From positions 1 through 61,194 of the IMG/VR virus record IMGVR_UViG_3300047388_000109: DNA of 61,194 nt; one strand, written 5' to 3'. A model generated the notes under the pieces. That model did no database searches. It was not told the origin of the DNA and saw nothing but the letters and a program-made list of their open reading frames with translations. Source of the stretch: a virus (Duplodnaviria; Caudoviricetes). A program made the position numbers and the translations under genes. Shown in pieces: positions 15,233 to 23,712 of this stretch (positions are counted from its first letter, which is position 1; every line of letters begins with the position of its first letter).

Positions 15233-15625
15233 TCATAGCGGGTAACGCTTGCCGCGCCTGTCGAACCACGCGGTCACGACATCGTCCTTGTCCAGCAGGT
15301 CCCATGACCCACTGTCGCTGCGACGATGCAGCAGCATCAGCGACGGGTGCCATCCCGTGGTGGTCGTGATGGTGCCGCGCCGAACGAACTTCTCGCCGCT
15401 GTCGTAGGTGGTGGTCACCTCCACGCGCGTGTCGGTCCTGTAGAACCTGCGCTGCGCGTCTGTGGTCTCCGGCTCGACGAACCTGTCGCCGTACTGCGCG
15501 CGGAACCGATGGACCATCTGTTGGTACGGCGAATACTGGCCGATGATGACCGGCTTCAATGGCCTGTTTGCCGAACCAAGCTGACCGCATTCGCAGCGGC
15601 CCGGGCCTGTGTAGTTGCATGACAT
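15233..15625 (-). CDS. hypothetical protein
   Basis: AGGAG RBS; RRGTITTTTGWHP motif. Confidence 0.7.
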   Translation of the reverse strand: MSCNYTGPGRCECGQLGSANRPLKPVIIGQYSPYQQMVHRFRAQYGDRFVEPETTDAQRRFYRTDTRVEVTTTYDSGEKFVRRGTITTTTGWHPSLMLLHRRSDSGSWDLLDKDDVVTAWFDRRGKRYPL

Positions 15626-15643
15626 CGTGCTCTCCTGTGAATC

Positions 15644-15683
15644 GCCAGCAAGTCGCTGGAGCCTGCCTTGCGGCAGGGTTCAG
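15644..15683 (-). repeat. intergenic two-hairpin motif, copy 1
   Basis: CTGCC-GCAA-GGCAG plus CCAGC-GACTT-GCTGG on the minus strand. Confidence 0.55.
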
Positions 15684-15687
15684 CCAC

Positions 15688-15975
15688 CTACCTCCTCATC
15701 TCTCCCAACATCTCCGACATCAGCGTCTCGATGTCCTCCAGCGTCTTGGCAATCTTCGCCATGTAGAACTCAGGCGACTCGACCTTCGCGCCGAACGGGT
15801 CGGGGATGAACGCATCGGACAGCTTCAGCTCGCCGCCCTTGGGCGACAGGCCGAGAACCGGCAGGCCCATGAACTCGCCGACGACCGGCGTCTTGTCGAA
15901 TGCCGCCTCGAAGTCGGTGGTGCTGACCTGCCCGGCGGGGTGCGTGACGTCCTTGTGTGCCGCTCCTCTGATCAT
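15688..15975 (-). CDS. hypothetical protein
   Basis: GAGGAG RBS, ATGA overlap. Confidence 0.65.
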   Translation of the reverse strand: MIRGAAHKDVTHPAGQVSTTDFEAAFDKTPVVGEFMGLPVLGLSPKGGELKLSDAFIPDPFGAKVESPEFYMAKIAKTLEDIETLMSEMLGEMRR

Positions 15976-16118
15976 GACTGCTCCTCTGCGGCCTCGGCCG
16001 CTGCTTGTTGGACCGAATCTCCGCGCAGCTCGTCCGCCACTTCGGCGGGATCGAGATGCAGCGGCTCGATTGTGTAGCGTTGCTCCTGAGAGCTGAGACC
16101 GCGCTCGTAACGGTTCAC
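15972..16118 (-). CDS. hypothetical protein (48 aa)
   Basis: GGAGGAG RBS; GTGA and ATGA overlaps at both ends. Confidence 0.55.
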   Translation of the reverse strand: MNRYERGLSSQEQRYTIEPLHLDPAEVADELRGDSVQQAAAEAAEEQS

Positions 16119-16321
16119 AGCTCCTCCGGGTGCGATGCGCGGGCAACGCTGTCGTACGCGCAGCCGTTCGCGCTGTTTCGATAGACGGAGATGGTAGCCG
16201 GCGCGCAGTGGTGGTGGATCAGCTCGTCGCGCACCTGCTTCGCCGTGAAGAACTCAGCGAAGTTGACCACGTCCACGATTATCGTTCCAACGCGGACGTC
16301 AAACTTGCGAAAGTGGCTCAT
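16115..16321 (-). CDS. hypothetical protein
   Basis: ATGA overlap. Confidence 0.65.
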   Translation of the reverse strand: MSHFRKFDVRVGTIIVDVVNFAEFFTAKQVRDELIHHHCAPATISVYRNSANGCAYDSVARASHPEEL

Positions 16322-16635
16322 GACTTCCCCTTCGGTGCCGCCAGACGGCCGGCGCTGATGAACTTGACCAGCTCGCCGAGGAACCGCTCGACACCCTCGA
16401 CGTACATAACGCCATCGCCCAGACTACGGCCGGCGTCACGACTGAGCGCTTGGAACTTGACCCCGATGGGCCCGAAGTCGTAGGTGATGATCACCTCCGG
16501 CTTGGTGGTTCCCGGCGTCATGCCGTATAGCACGCCGGCAGGCTTCGCGCCTTCGGGTTGGTTCGCGACGTCCAGCTTGTTCGCTTCGAGCACTGCTGCA
16601 ACGGTGTTCAGATACAAGTCGTGAAGGTTGATCAT
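16318..16635 (-). CDS. hypothetical protein
   Basis: GGAGG RBS. Confidence 0.65.
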   Translation of the reverse strand: MINLHDLYLNTVAAVLEANKLDVANQPEGAKPAGVLYGMTPGTTKPEVIITYDFGPIGVKFQALSRDAGRSLGDGVMYVEGVERFLGELVKFISAGRLAAPKGKS

Positions 16636-16646
16636 GATGGCCTCCG

Positions 16647-16970
16647 TTAGATGCAATCACCATCGCCGGCTGGCATGGTGTACTTCACTTTCATGAACTT
16701 CGCCGTGTACCAGAGCCCGCCCTGCGACTCTGGCCTGTGGTGCTCAGTCACGCACTTAACCTCGACCACCGCCCATACGCGGCCATTCTTCGAGAGGTGC
16801 GGCGCGAACGGTCGCGCACAGCAGTGCCACCCGGGCCTGAACGCGAAGCCCGGCGTGAGGTGTTCTTCTGCAACCAGCCACTCGCCAACCGGGATGCGTT
16901 GACCGCGATTGATGAACAGTGGACCGAGCGAGCCGTCAGTTCGTTGGCGAATCAGCTTATAGGCGATCAT
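16647..16970 (-). CDS. conserved phage hypothetical protein
   Basis: AYKL...GPLFIN...RPGWHC...RPESQGGLW motif. Confidence 0.75.
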   Translation of the reverse strand: MIAYKLIRQRTDGSLGPLFINRGQRIPVGEWLVAEEHLTPGFAFRPGWHCCARPFAPHLSKNGRVWAVVEVKCVTEHHRPESQGGLWYTAKFMKVKYTMPAGDGDCI

Positions 16971-17200
16971 GATCCATCCCCAATCAACCGGGCGGGCTTG
17001 AGCGCATTAGCCAGTGCGGCGCACTTTTTGCACGTCACGCCAACACCCTGATCGTGCAGGACGAGCCACTTACCGCGACGTTTCATCATCCAGCAGTTGT
17101 CGCTGGCGTACGGATTGTGACCGCACAGCGAAGCCTCAGCGCTGCGTTCCTTGACGTGAATCTTGTGTCCGCCGTTTGCGCGGACCTTGTATGTGTCCAT
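16967..17200 (-). CDS. small Cys/His-rich (Zn-finger-like) protein
   Basis: KIH...LCG...VTCKKC; AGGAG RBS. Confidence 0.65.
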   Translation of the reverse strand: MDTYKVRANGGHKIHVKERSAEASLCGHNPYASDNCWMMKRRGKWLVLHDQGVGVTCKKCAALANALKPARLIGDGS

Positions 17201-17219
17201 CGTTTTCTCCTGTGGAGAT

Positions 17220-17256
17220 GCCAGCAAGACGCTGGAGGAAGGCCCGCACGCGGGCC
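17220..17256 (-). repeat. intergenic two-hairpin motif, copy 2
   Basis: GGCCCGC/GCGGGCC plus CCAGC-GTCTT-GCTGG. Confidence 0.55.
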
Positions 17257-17261
17257 AACCC

Positions 17262-17480
17262 TCAGAACCCTACACCTTCGGCGTAGTCTGCGAATGACTG
17301 GCGAGCGCTCCTGAGTGCGGCCCACCAATACTCGGTGCTGAACATAGCGAAGCCATCTTGCGTGACGCCGGCCGCGTTTTCAAGGTCGCGCGTCATGTCC
17401 GCATAGGGGAATTGACGGTGCCGTGTGTGCCATTCGTAAAAGGCCGCCTCGGCCTCTGTTCTTGGGTCGCGATTGGTCAT
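17262..17480 (-). CDS. hypothetical protein
   Basis: fills the operon gap. Confidence 0.6.
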   Translation of the reverse strand: MTNRDPRTEAEAAFYEWHTRHRQFPYADMTRDLENAAGVTQDGFAMFSTEYWWAALRSARQSFADYAEGVGF

Positions 17481-17495
17481 GATTGTCTCTGTTCA

Positions 17496-17529
17496 AGTGC
17501 AAGGCGCACTCCACTGCCCTTGCGGGCAG
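17496..17529 (-). repeat. intergenic two-hairpin motif, copy 3
   Basis: CTGCCC-GCAA-GGGCAG plus AGTGC-GCCTT-GCACT. Confidence 0.5.
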
Positions 17530-17540
17530 CAGGCTACGTC

Positions 17541-18533
17541 CTACAGTGCGAGCACCGCGTCGACTACGTCGGCCTTGCGGACCGCGCCGGGGCCGAACCA
17601 CGCGCTGTTGAGGCGCGCAGAGCGGTTGGACCCGAAGTGGTCAACCTCTTGCGTGACTGCGTTCACGAGACCCCACGCCGTGCCCTTCGAGCTGAGCATG
17701 TCAGCGCCGATCCCGAGCCCGGTGAAGTAGCCCAGCGTGCGGACCACGTTCGGGTTTTCGATCAACGTCGTTACGCTGGTCTTCTCGTCGGTCACCGGCT
17801 TCGGCTGACCGTACACCGAGCGGAGCACCGACTGCGCTTGTGCTACGGTGACCGTCTTGGCTGCGAGCGCACGCGCCTTCTCGATGAAGTTGGACCAGAC
17901 CGTTGCACCGATCCCCAAGTCTTCCTTCACCTTTTCGATGTCAATCTCACGCGAGTGGTACACGATGGCCGAGCCCTTGGCCTTCTCGCCGAGCGCCATC
18001 TGCAACGTGTTGTTGCACACGACGCGGGTGGCGATGAACCGAAACTCGGTGCCGCTCGAACCGTCGAACGACGTGGTCACGAGCAGGTAGCCTTCGACAA
18101 CGTCGCCACCGGGGAGTGTGAACGCTTCCTTGATCTTCAGCAGGGCCCAAATCTTGCGGCCACCGAAGAGCGAGCCCACCGTCTCGACCGGCCATCCCAT
18201 CGCCTTGCTCACGTCGGCGATGAAGTTCAGGATGTCCGAAGGCTGGTGAATCACATACTTGCTGACCGACATCACGGACAGCGGCGCGTACGTGTCGTCG
18301 CGGTACAGCACCGCACGATTCAACGTCGAGCCGGCTTCGCGAACGACGCCGTCGGCACCCTTGAACAGCAGCTCGCCCTTTACGACCTTGAAGTTCAGGC
18401 CGCCAGCGACTGCCCACTCGTCGACCGTCGAATCCGGTTCGACCGTGAACCCGAGACCGTGCCACGGGGTCTTGGAACCCTTGACGTACGCCATGTTGGC
18501 GCGGCCGTTGCTCATATCCAGTTCATGTGACAT
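17541..18533 (-). CDS. DUF932/DUF945 phage-plasmid protein
   Basis: MSHEL...PWHGLG, ETVGSLFGGRKIW, TSFDGS, TRVVCNNTL, GTAWGLVNAVT. Confidence 0.9.
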   Translation of the reverse strand: MSHELDMSNGRANMAYVKGSKTPWHGLGFTVEPDSTVDEWAVAGGLNFKVVKGELLFKGADGVVREAGSTLNRAVLYRDDTYAPLSVMSVSKYVIHQPSDILNFIADVSKAMGWPVETVGSLFGGRKIWALLKIKEAFTLPGGDVVEGYLLVTTSFDGSSGTEFRFIATRVVCNNTLQMALGEKAKGSAIVYHSREIDIEKVKEDLGIGATVWSNFIEKARALAAKTVTVAQAQSVLRSVYGQPKPVTDEKTSVTTLIENPNVVRTLGYFTGLGIGADMLSSKGTAWGLVNAVTQEVDHFGSNRSARLNSAWFGPGAVRKADVVDAVLAL

Positions 18534-18769
18534 GTGGTGCTCCTGTGTGGTTGAGGTTACGCCGGTATGGCGCACCGTGGGTGACCCGCAGTGCAGATCA
18601 CCTACGCTGCACCCCGTTCGAGGGGGTGTGGCGATACGATAGCGTGTTACCCTTGCACACCCGTGGTACCCGGTGGTGGGGCGCTACCTACTTGGCTTCA
18701 TGGCTCGCTACTGGTTGCCTGCCATCGGGCTTGTGGCCCTTCGCCGTGCTTGCTGCTGGAACTGACTCC

Positions 18770-18837
18770 ACTATCGAGCAAACCACCGGACCCGTCAACA
18801 GCAACCGACGAACGGTCGATTGAGACCGACGAACGGT
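18770..18837 (-). promoter_or_regulatory. leftward sigma70 promoter with two ACCGTTCGTCGG boxes
   Basis: boxes at 18805-18816 and 18826-18837 (21-bp period), then N6-TTGACG-N17-GATAGT. Confidence 0.7.
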
Positions 18838-18866
18838 CATGTACACCACAACCCAGTAGGCTACAA

Positions 18867-19046
18867 ATGCCGAAGATCGCAAAATGGCCCGATGCGTGGG
18901 GTCCCGAGCGCGTCCATAACTCCTTCTTCTCGCCCGAGGGGGTGGTAGAATTTCATCTCGATGGCTGCTGGTGCAGCCAATGCAAGGCAAGCCCACCCGA
19001 GAGGACGGCAGATGACCAAGATTTATCTCACCCCGGAGATGACTGA
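18867..19046 (+). CDS. hypothetical protein
   Basis: short ORF with HxxGCxCxxC. Confidence 0.45.
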   Translation: MPKIAKWPDAWGPERVHNSFFSPEGVVEFHLDGCWCSQCKASPPERTADDQDLSHPGDD

Positions 19047-19362
19047 CGGGCGATTCGGAGCAAGCATAGAGGCAGAGCTGGACGTGTCGCTGTCGTCGGT
19101 GGTGCTCACGGCGCAGTGGGCTATCAACGGCCCGTGCATGCCCAAGGCAATCCACGTCACCGACGGCCTCAAGCACCGCCGCACGGCATTCACCGCCGCC
19201 CGCACCATGATGGAGGGCGACGTCTTCACCGGCACGTATCGGCTGGAGTTCAACGACACGCCGCACTACGTGCAGGGTCCGATGGGCCCAATGGGGCCAC
19301 CGGGACCGCCGGGCCCTACGGGCCGCGATGGCCGCGATGGCCGAGACGCAGACGAGTTCTAA
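19012..19362 (+). CDS. hypothetical protein with a short C-terminal collagen-like tail
   Basis: GAGGA RBS; GPMGPMGPPGPPGPTGRDGRDGRD. Confidence 0.65.
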   Translation: MTKIYLTPEMTDGRFGASIEAELDVSLSSVVLTAQWAINGPCMPKAIHVTDGLKHRRTAFTAARTMMEGDVFTGTYRLEFNDTPHYVQGPMGPMGPPGPPGPTGRDGRDGRDADEF

Positions 19363-19383
19363 TCCTACCCACGGGCGGACAAC

Positions 19384-19656
19384 ATGAGCACATGGCCTTC
19401 ACAGAATCACGAGCGCTGGAAGGCGGGCGAGGTATCCCCTGACTCAGTGCCCCAATCGCTGTCGGTGCTGGAGACCGAGGCCGACCGCGCGCGCCGCACC
19501 CTGTCCATCCTCAACCTCAAGATGAAGCTGGCCGCTGAGCTGGAGCGCGAGCTGTTCATGGTCCGCTACAACCGCTGGTACCGCCGCCTCTGGCGCTATC
19601 TTCAGGCCATGTGGTGGTCGATCCTCGATTTCGACTACAACAAGGTGATGAAGTGA
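19384..19656 (+). CDS. hypothetical protein
   Basis: high-GC3 ORF. Confidence 0.65.
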   Translation: MSTWPSQNHERWKAGEVSPDSVPQSLSVLETEADRARRTLSILNLKMKLAAELERELFMVRYNRWYRRLWRYLQAMWWSILDFDYNKVMK

Positions 19657-19946
19657 ACCGCATCGCCATCCTCCACGGCGGGCCAAGCGACCGCCAACAG
19701 CACGTGGTCGACCGCTACAGCGACGTGATCTACGTGGACGTGCTCGAACCGATCCCCACGCTCACCGTGAAGTCACGTGGCAAGGTGGACCCAGACGTGG
19801 GCGTGGTGCGCAAGGCGCGCTACGAGCGCGTATCGGCCGCCGTCAACCCCGGGCGCGACTGGATGTACCGCCGCCCCGGGCGCATCGGCTGCTGGCTGCC
19901 TGACCAAGAGGTGGTCCTGTACGTGTACGTGGGGCAGGAAGAATGA
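19653..19946 (+). CDS. hypothetical protein
   Basis: GTGA overlap; LHGGPSD motif. Confidence 0.65.
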   Translation: MNRIAILHGGPSDRQQHVVDRYSDVIYVDVLEPIPTLTVKSRGKVDPDVGVVRKARYERVSAAVNPGRDWMYRRPGRIGCWLPDQEVVLYVYVGQEE

Positions 19947-20022
19947 CGTTCCAGTACCCGCCACCGCCCGGGCCCAAGGGTCCGAAGGTCCCCAAGCAAC
20001 CATTCGGCAAGGGAAAGAAAAA

Positions 20023-20193
20023 GTGAGCCACCCGCTGACCCCGGAGCCCACCGGTATGTTCGAGCTGGGACAGCGCTCGGTGATGCTGGAGCGCGTGAAG
20101 GCCATCGTTCGCGAGTGGAACGAAGCCCCGGGCTACCCCCGGCCAGACCCCTACGAGTTCATGGGCCGAGTCGCATCGGTGTTCGACCAATGA
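20023..20193 (+). CDS. hypothetical protein
   Basis: GTG start; stop overlaps the next ATG. Confidence 0.5.
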   Translation: MSHPLTPEPTGMFELGQRSVMLERVKAIVREWNEAPGYPRPDPYEFMGRVASVFDQ

Positions 20194-20576
20194 CCAAGCG
20201 CATCACGTGGCCCAAGGCCGCCATCGCCCTGACCCTCGACGTCTGGGACACGACAGTGTGGCTGATGCTGGACCCCAAGACGCGGGACGCGGTCGCGGCG
20301 TACCTGAGCAAAGACGGTCTCCTGAAGTGGGACAAGCACAGCCCCCACGGCTGGGCATCTCACCTCGTCAACGACGTCAGCGGCGCTCACTGCTTCGTTG
20401 CCTACGTGGGCGACGGTGAGCTGGTCACCCTCGTGCATGAGCTGGACCACGCCACGTTCATGGTGCTCAACAGCGCCGGCGTGCTCGACCTGCCCAACAA
20501 CCAAGAGCCCCACACCTACACGCTGGGCTGCCTCCTACGGCAGGCCCTGAAGGCTCGAAAGTGGAAGAGCGCATGA
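20190..20576 (+). CDS. HExxH-motif small metallopeptidase-like protein
   Basis: TLVHELDHA...NQEPHTY. Confidence 0.6.
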   Translation: MTKRITWPKAAIALTLDVWDTTVWLMLDPKTRDAVAAYLSKDGLLKWDKHSPHGWASHLVNDVSGAHCFVAYVGDGELVTLVHELDHATFMVLNSAGVLDLPNNQEPHTYTLGCLLRQALKARKWKSA

Positions 20577-20626
20577 ACCGCCTGCCCGAGCTGATGACTG
20601 AGCTGGTGGATATGCAGGCCGACTGA

Positions 20627-21181
20627 ATGGCTGAGACGATTGACGTTACCCCTCAAGCCCCAGCGCTGAGCATAGAGCACGAGAAGGTTCTACACCAGTA
20701 TCTGATCAACGGCGGCAATGCCGCGCAAGCCTACGCCTCTGTCTACCCGGCTGCCAATGAGGGTAGCGCCAAGCGCGCGGCCAGTAGACTTCTGTCCACC
20801 CCACAGGCTAGACAATGGTTGGACAAAGCGCGCGCTGACGTGATGGCCCGCAACGGCATCACCTTGGACGCTCTGGTCAATGTCCTGAAGATTCAAGCGC
20901 TTACGCCGATCTCAGAGGTGCTGGGCGATCCCCGCGACATCGAGGGCGACAAGGTGCTCGCAGTAGAGTCGTACCGGGCTGCCACCGCCAAGACGGCCGA
21001 GGTGACCAAGATCGCCGACCGCCGTGGCGCTGTGGTCGAGCTGCTGGATCGATTCTTCCCTGACGTGGGCAAGCCCCAGCCGAGCACTACGCCCGGCGGC
21101 GCGGTGACCAACGTCCAGATCAACGCTGAGAACATCATGCTGGACATCCGTGCCCTATTCGCCAAACATCGCCCGGGGTGA
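20627..21181 (+). CDS. terS: terminase small subunit
   Basis: YLINGGNAAQAY...AASRLLS HTH; upstream of terL. Confidence 0.85.
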   Translation: MAETIDVTPQAPALSIEHEKVLHQYLINGGNAAQAYASVYPAANEGSAKRAASRLLSTPQARQWLDKARADVMARNGITLDALVNVLKIQALTPISEVLGDPRDIEGDKVLAVESYRAATAKTAEVTKIADRRGAVVELLDRFFPDVGKPQPSTTPGGAVTNVQINAENIMLDIRALFAKHRPG

Positions 21182-22784
21182 CCTGCCAGCCGACCTGCGC
21201 AACGAGCTGCAAATCTGTCCCTTCGAACTGCTTCCCGACCTGTGGGAAATCATGCTCCGCAACGGGGTCACCAAGGCTGCGCTGGGACGCGCGGACCGCT
21301 ACTACCTGCTGACCCAGCTGCTGCACCGCAAGGACGCGATTCATCCGTGGCTGTACGACCGTTGCCGAGAGGTGGAGGCCAGCCCAGACGGTCACCTCGA
21401 CCTGTGGGCCCGGGAGCACTACAAGTCGACCATCATCACCTTCGCGGGCATCATCCAAGAGGTGGTGAACAACCCCGAAATCACGGTGTGCATCTTCAGC
21501 CACACGCGCCCCGTGGCGAACAAGTTCCTGAACCACATCAAGAGGGAGCTGCAATTCAATGCCGACCTACAGACCGCATATCCCGACGTGCTCTGGGAGA
21601 AGGCGCACCGAGACGCGCCCCTGTGGAGTCTTGAGAAGGGGATCACGGTCAAGCGTACGACCAACCCCCTCAACGCCACCATCGAGGCGTCAGGACTGGT
21701 TGACTCGATGCCTACAGGTTCCCACTACCTCCTACGGGTTTACGATGACGTCGTAACGCTCAAGAGCGTCAGCACGCCCGAGCAGGTTGAGAAGACCACA
21801 GACGCCTACGCCCTGTCCGACAACCTCGGCGCGCGCGGCCCGGATGGCATGATGCGCGAGTGGATGATCGGCACCCGCTACTCGTTCGCGGACACGTACC
21901 AGACCATCATCGACAAGGCCACCCTGAAGGTGCGCCTGCACCCGGCCACCGATGACGGCACCCGCAACGGCAACCCAGTCTTCCTGACGCGCCAAGCGCT
22001 CGACGAGAAGCTGGACAAGCAGCCGTCCCATATCTTCGCCAGCCAGCAGCTCCAGAACCCGAGCGCCGGCAACGAGGCCATGTTCAAGCCTCAGTGGTTC
22101 CGCTTCTCAGACGTCCGCCCGGCCACCATGAACGTGTACATCACGGTCGACCCCGCCGGCAGCAAGAAGAAGGGCTCCGACAACACCGCGATGGCAGTGC
22201 AGGGCTACGATGCCGCGCGCGTTCACTGGTTCCTTGATGGGTACTGTCACAAGATGGGGTTGGCTGAGAGATGGCTAAGAATCAAAGAGCTGCGCAAGAA
22301 GTGGATGGAGATGCCCGGCGTGCAAAACGTCTTCGTCGGATACGAGAGCTACGGGATTCCCGACGCCTTGGATCACTTCGAGGAGCGCATGGAAATCGAG
22401 AAGATTTACTTCCCGATTACGGTGCTTCAATGGCCGAGGCAGGAGGCTGGCTCGAAGACGGACCGGATCGCCCGTCTGGAGCCCGACTTGCGGATGGGGC
22501 GGTTCATCATGTCCAAGCTGCTGAAGGAGGAGAGCCCCGCGCAGCAGGAGATGCGCGCGACGGGCCACGACTTCCGCATCTTCCAGCCCCAGAAGCGAAT
22601 CGACCACAACGGCAAGATGTACGACCTGAACCGGACCCTGATCAAGGAAATGACCTTCTTCCCATTCGCCCAGCATGACGACCTGCTGGACGCTGTGTCC
22701 CGCTTCTATGACATGGACCCAAGACCTCCGGTGATAATAGACGAACGAGCGACAGAACCAGAGGCGTTCGGCGACGGAGCATAA
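21150..22784 (+). CDS. terL: terminase large subunit
   Basis: AREHYKST Walker A variant, VYDD Walker B, IGTRY, TVDPA, HDDLLDA. Confidence 0.92.
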   Translation: MPYSPNIARGDLPADLRNELQICPFELLPDLWEIMLRNGVTKAALGRADRYYLLTQLLHRKDAIHPWLYDRCREVEASPDGHLDLWAREHYKSTIITFAGIIQEVVNNPEITVCIFSHTRPVANKFLNHIKRELQFNADLQTAYPDVLWEKAHRDAPLWSLEKGITVKRTTNPLNATIEASGLVDSMPTGSHYLLRVYDDVVTLKSVSTPEQVEKTTDAYALSDNLGARGPDGMMREWMIGTRYSFADTYQTIIDKATLKVRLHPATDDGTRNGNPVFLTRQALDEKLDKQPSHIFASQQLQNPSAGNEAMFKPQWFRFSDVRPATMNVYITVDPAGSKKKGSDNTAMAVQGYDAARVHWFLDGYCHKMGLAERWLRIKELRKKWMEMPGVQNVFVGYESYGIPDALDHFEERMEIEKIYFPITVLQWPRQEAGSKTDRIARLEPDLRMGRFIMSKLLKEESPAQQEMRATGHDFRIFQPQKRIDHNGKMYDLNRTLIKEMTFFPFAQHDDLLDAVSRFYDMDPRPPVIIDERATEPEAFGDGA

Positions 22785-22934
22785 ATGCCAGACGACAAAA
22801 CCAGCCAGCCCAATCAGGACTGGCAATCCGAGTGTGAGCCCGAGGTTACCAATACCCCGACGCCCTACGACCGCAGGTACGAGTCTCTTGGCGATGGCGG
22901 CTATATCCGACGCCCTTGCCCGCACGACAAGTAA
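22785..22934 (+). CDS. hypothetical protein (49 aa)
   Basis: GGAG RBS; ATG immediately after the terL stop. Confidence 0.4.
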   Translation: MPDDKTSQPNQDWQSECEPEVTNTPTPYDRRYESLGDGGYIRRPCPHDK

Positions 22935-22938
22935 ACCC

Positions 22939-23175
22939 ATGCCCCAATCACTGGACCAGATCAGACAGCTGGGCACCAAGATGGCCGTGCGCAACCTCGT
23001 CATGCTGCGAGACGACCAGCTGGAGACCTACTTCGCGGACATCCGCGTCGCGATGGCCGAGCTGACGGACGTCGAGTGCGCCACGCTGGTGAACCGCCTT
23101 GGCGAGCTGCGCCACCTCGCCGCCGTGGTCTGCATGAACCGTCACCTGCACAAGCCTGAGGAGGCAGCCGAATGA
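22939..23175 (+). CDS. hypothetical protein
   Basis: high GC3 from ATG 22939. Confidence 0.6.
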   Translation: MPQSLDQIRQLGTKMAVRNLVMLRDDQLETYFADIRVAMAELTDVECATLVNRLGELRHLAAVVCMNRHLHKPEEAAE

Positions 23176-23444
23176 TCGAGACCCTGACATCCGCCGACGT
23201 GGCCGTGCTCCGCGTCGAGCCCGACTACAACGCCGTGGACATCTGCCTCGCTGTCAAGGCAGCACACCCGAGCCCGGATGCCCACCTCCCGAATAGCCCG
23301 GTGGGCCGCCTGTGCTACATCGTGGCCGCCTACATGGCGAAGCACCGCACCGACCTGCCTGCCGTGATCCCGGCACCGATGGACGCCGTGATCCGCACCG
23401 AGAGCCGCCACGGCGGCCCGGCACCGATAGCGGACGGCGGATGA
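23172..23444 (+). CDS. hypothetical protein
   Basis: GGAGG RBS, ATGA overlap. Confidence 0.65.
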   Translation: MIETLTSADVAVLRVEPDYNAVDICLAVKAAHPSPDAHLPNSPVGRLCYIVAAYMAKHRTDLPAVIPAPMDAVIRTESRHGGPAPIADGG

Positions 23445-23536
23445 ACCCCGTCATGGGCGTGTTCGGGATCATCGTCCTGATCATCTGCGCGTGCGTGCTG
23501 GCCGACCTGCTCGACGCCTTCGACCGAGTCGAATGA
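23441..23536 (+). CDS. small membrane peptide
   Basis: ATGA overlaps at both ends; one TM. Confidence 0.5.
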   Translation: MNPVMGVFGIIVLIICACVLADLLDAFDRVE

Positions 23537-23712
23537 CCTGTCTGTCCTGCGAGGAGCGCCGGGCCGCCATCGCGACCTACATGCGCAAGATGCTGCACCT
23601 ACCCGAGCCGATCCGGGCCAAGGCAATCGAGCAAGCAAAGAAAGACCAACGGCTGTACCAAGCGCTGGCCGCATCGTGGCTGGCCGAACACCCATTCAAG
23701 GACCACCCATGA
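23533..23712 (+). CDS. hypothetical protein
   Basis: MTCLSCEERR; ATGA overlaps. Confidence 0.55.
   Translation: MTCLSCEERRAAIATYMRKMLHLPEPIRAKAIEQAKKDQRLYQALAASWLAEHPFKDHP

Noticed and set aside
15735-15748. 14-nt inverted match (CCTCCAGCGTCTTG) to the intergenic motif at 17225-17238
   Set aside because: It is a single short match inside a coding region and is plausible by chance in GC-rich DNA.
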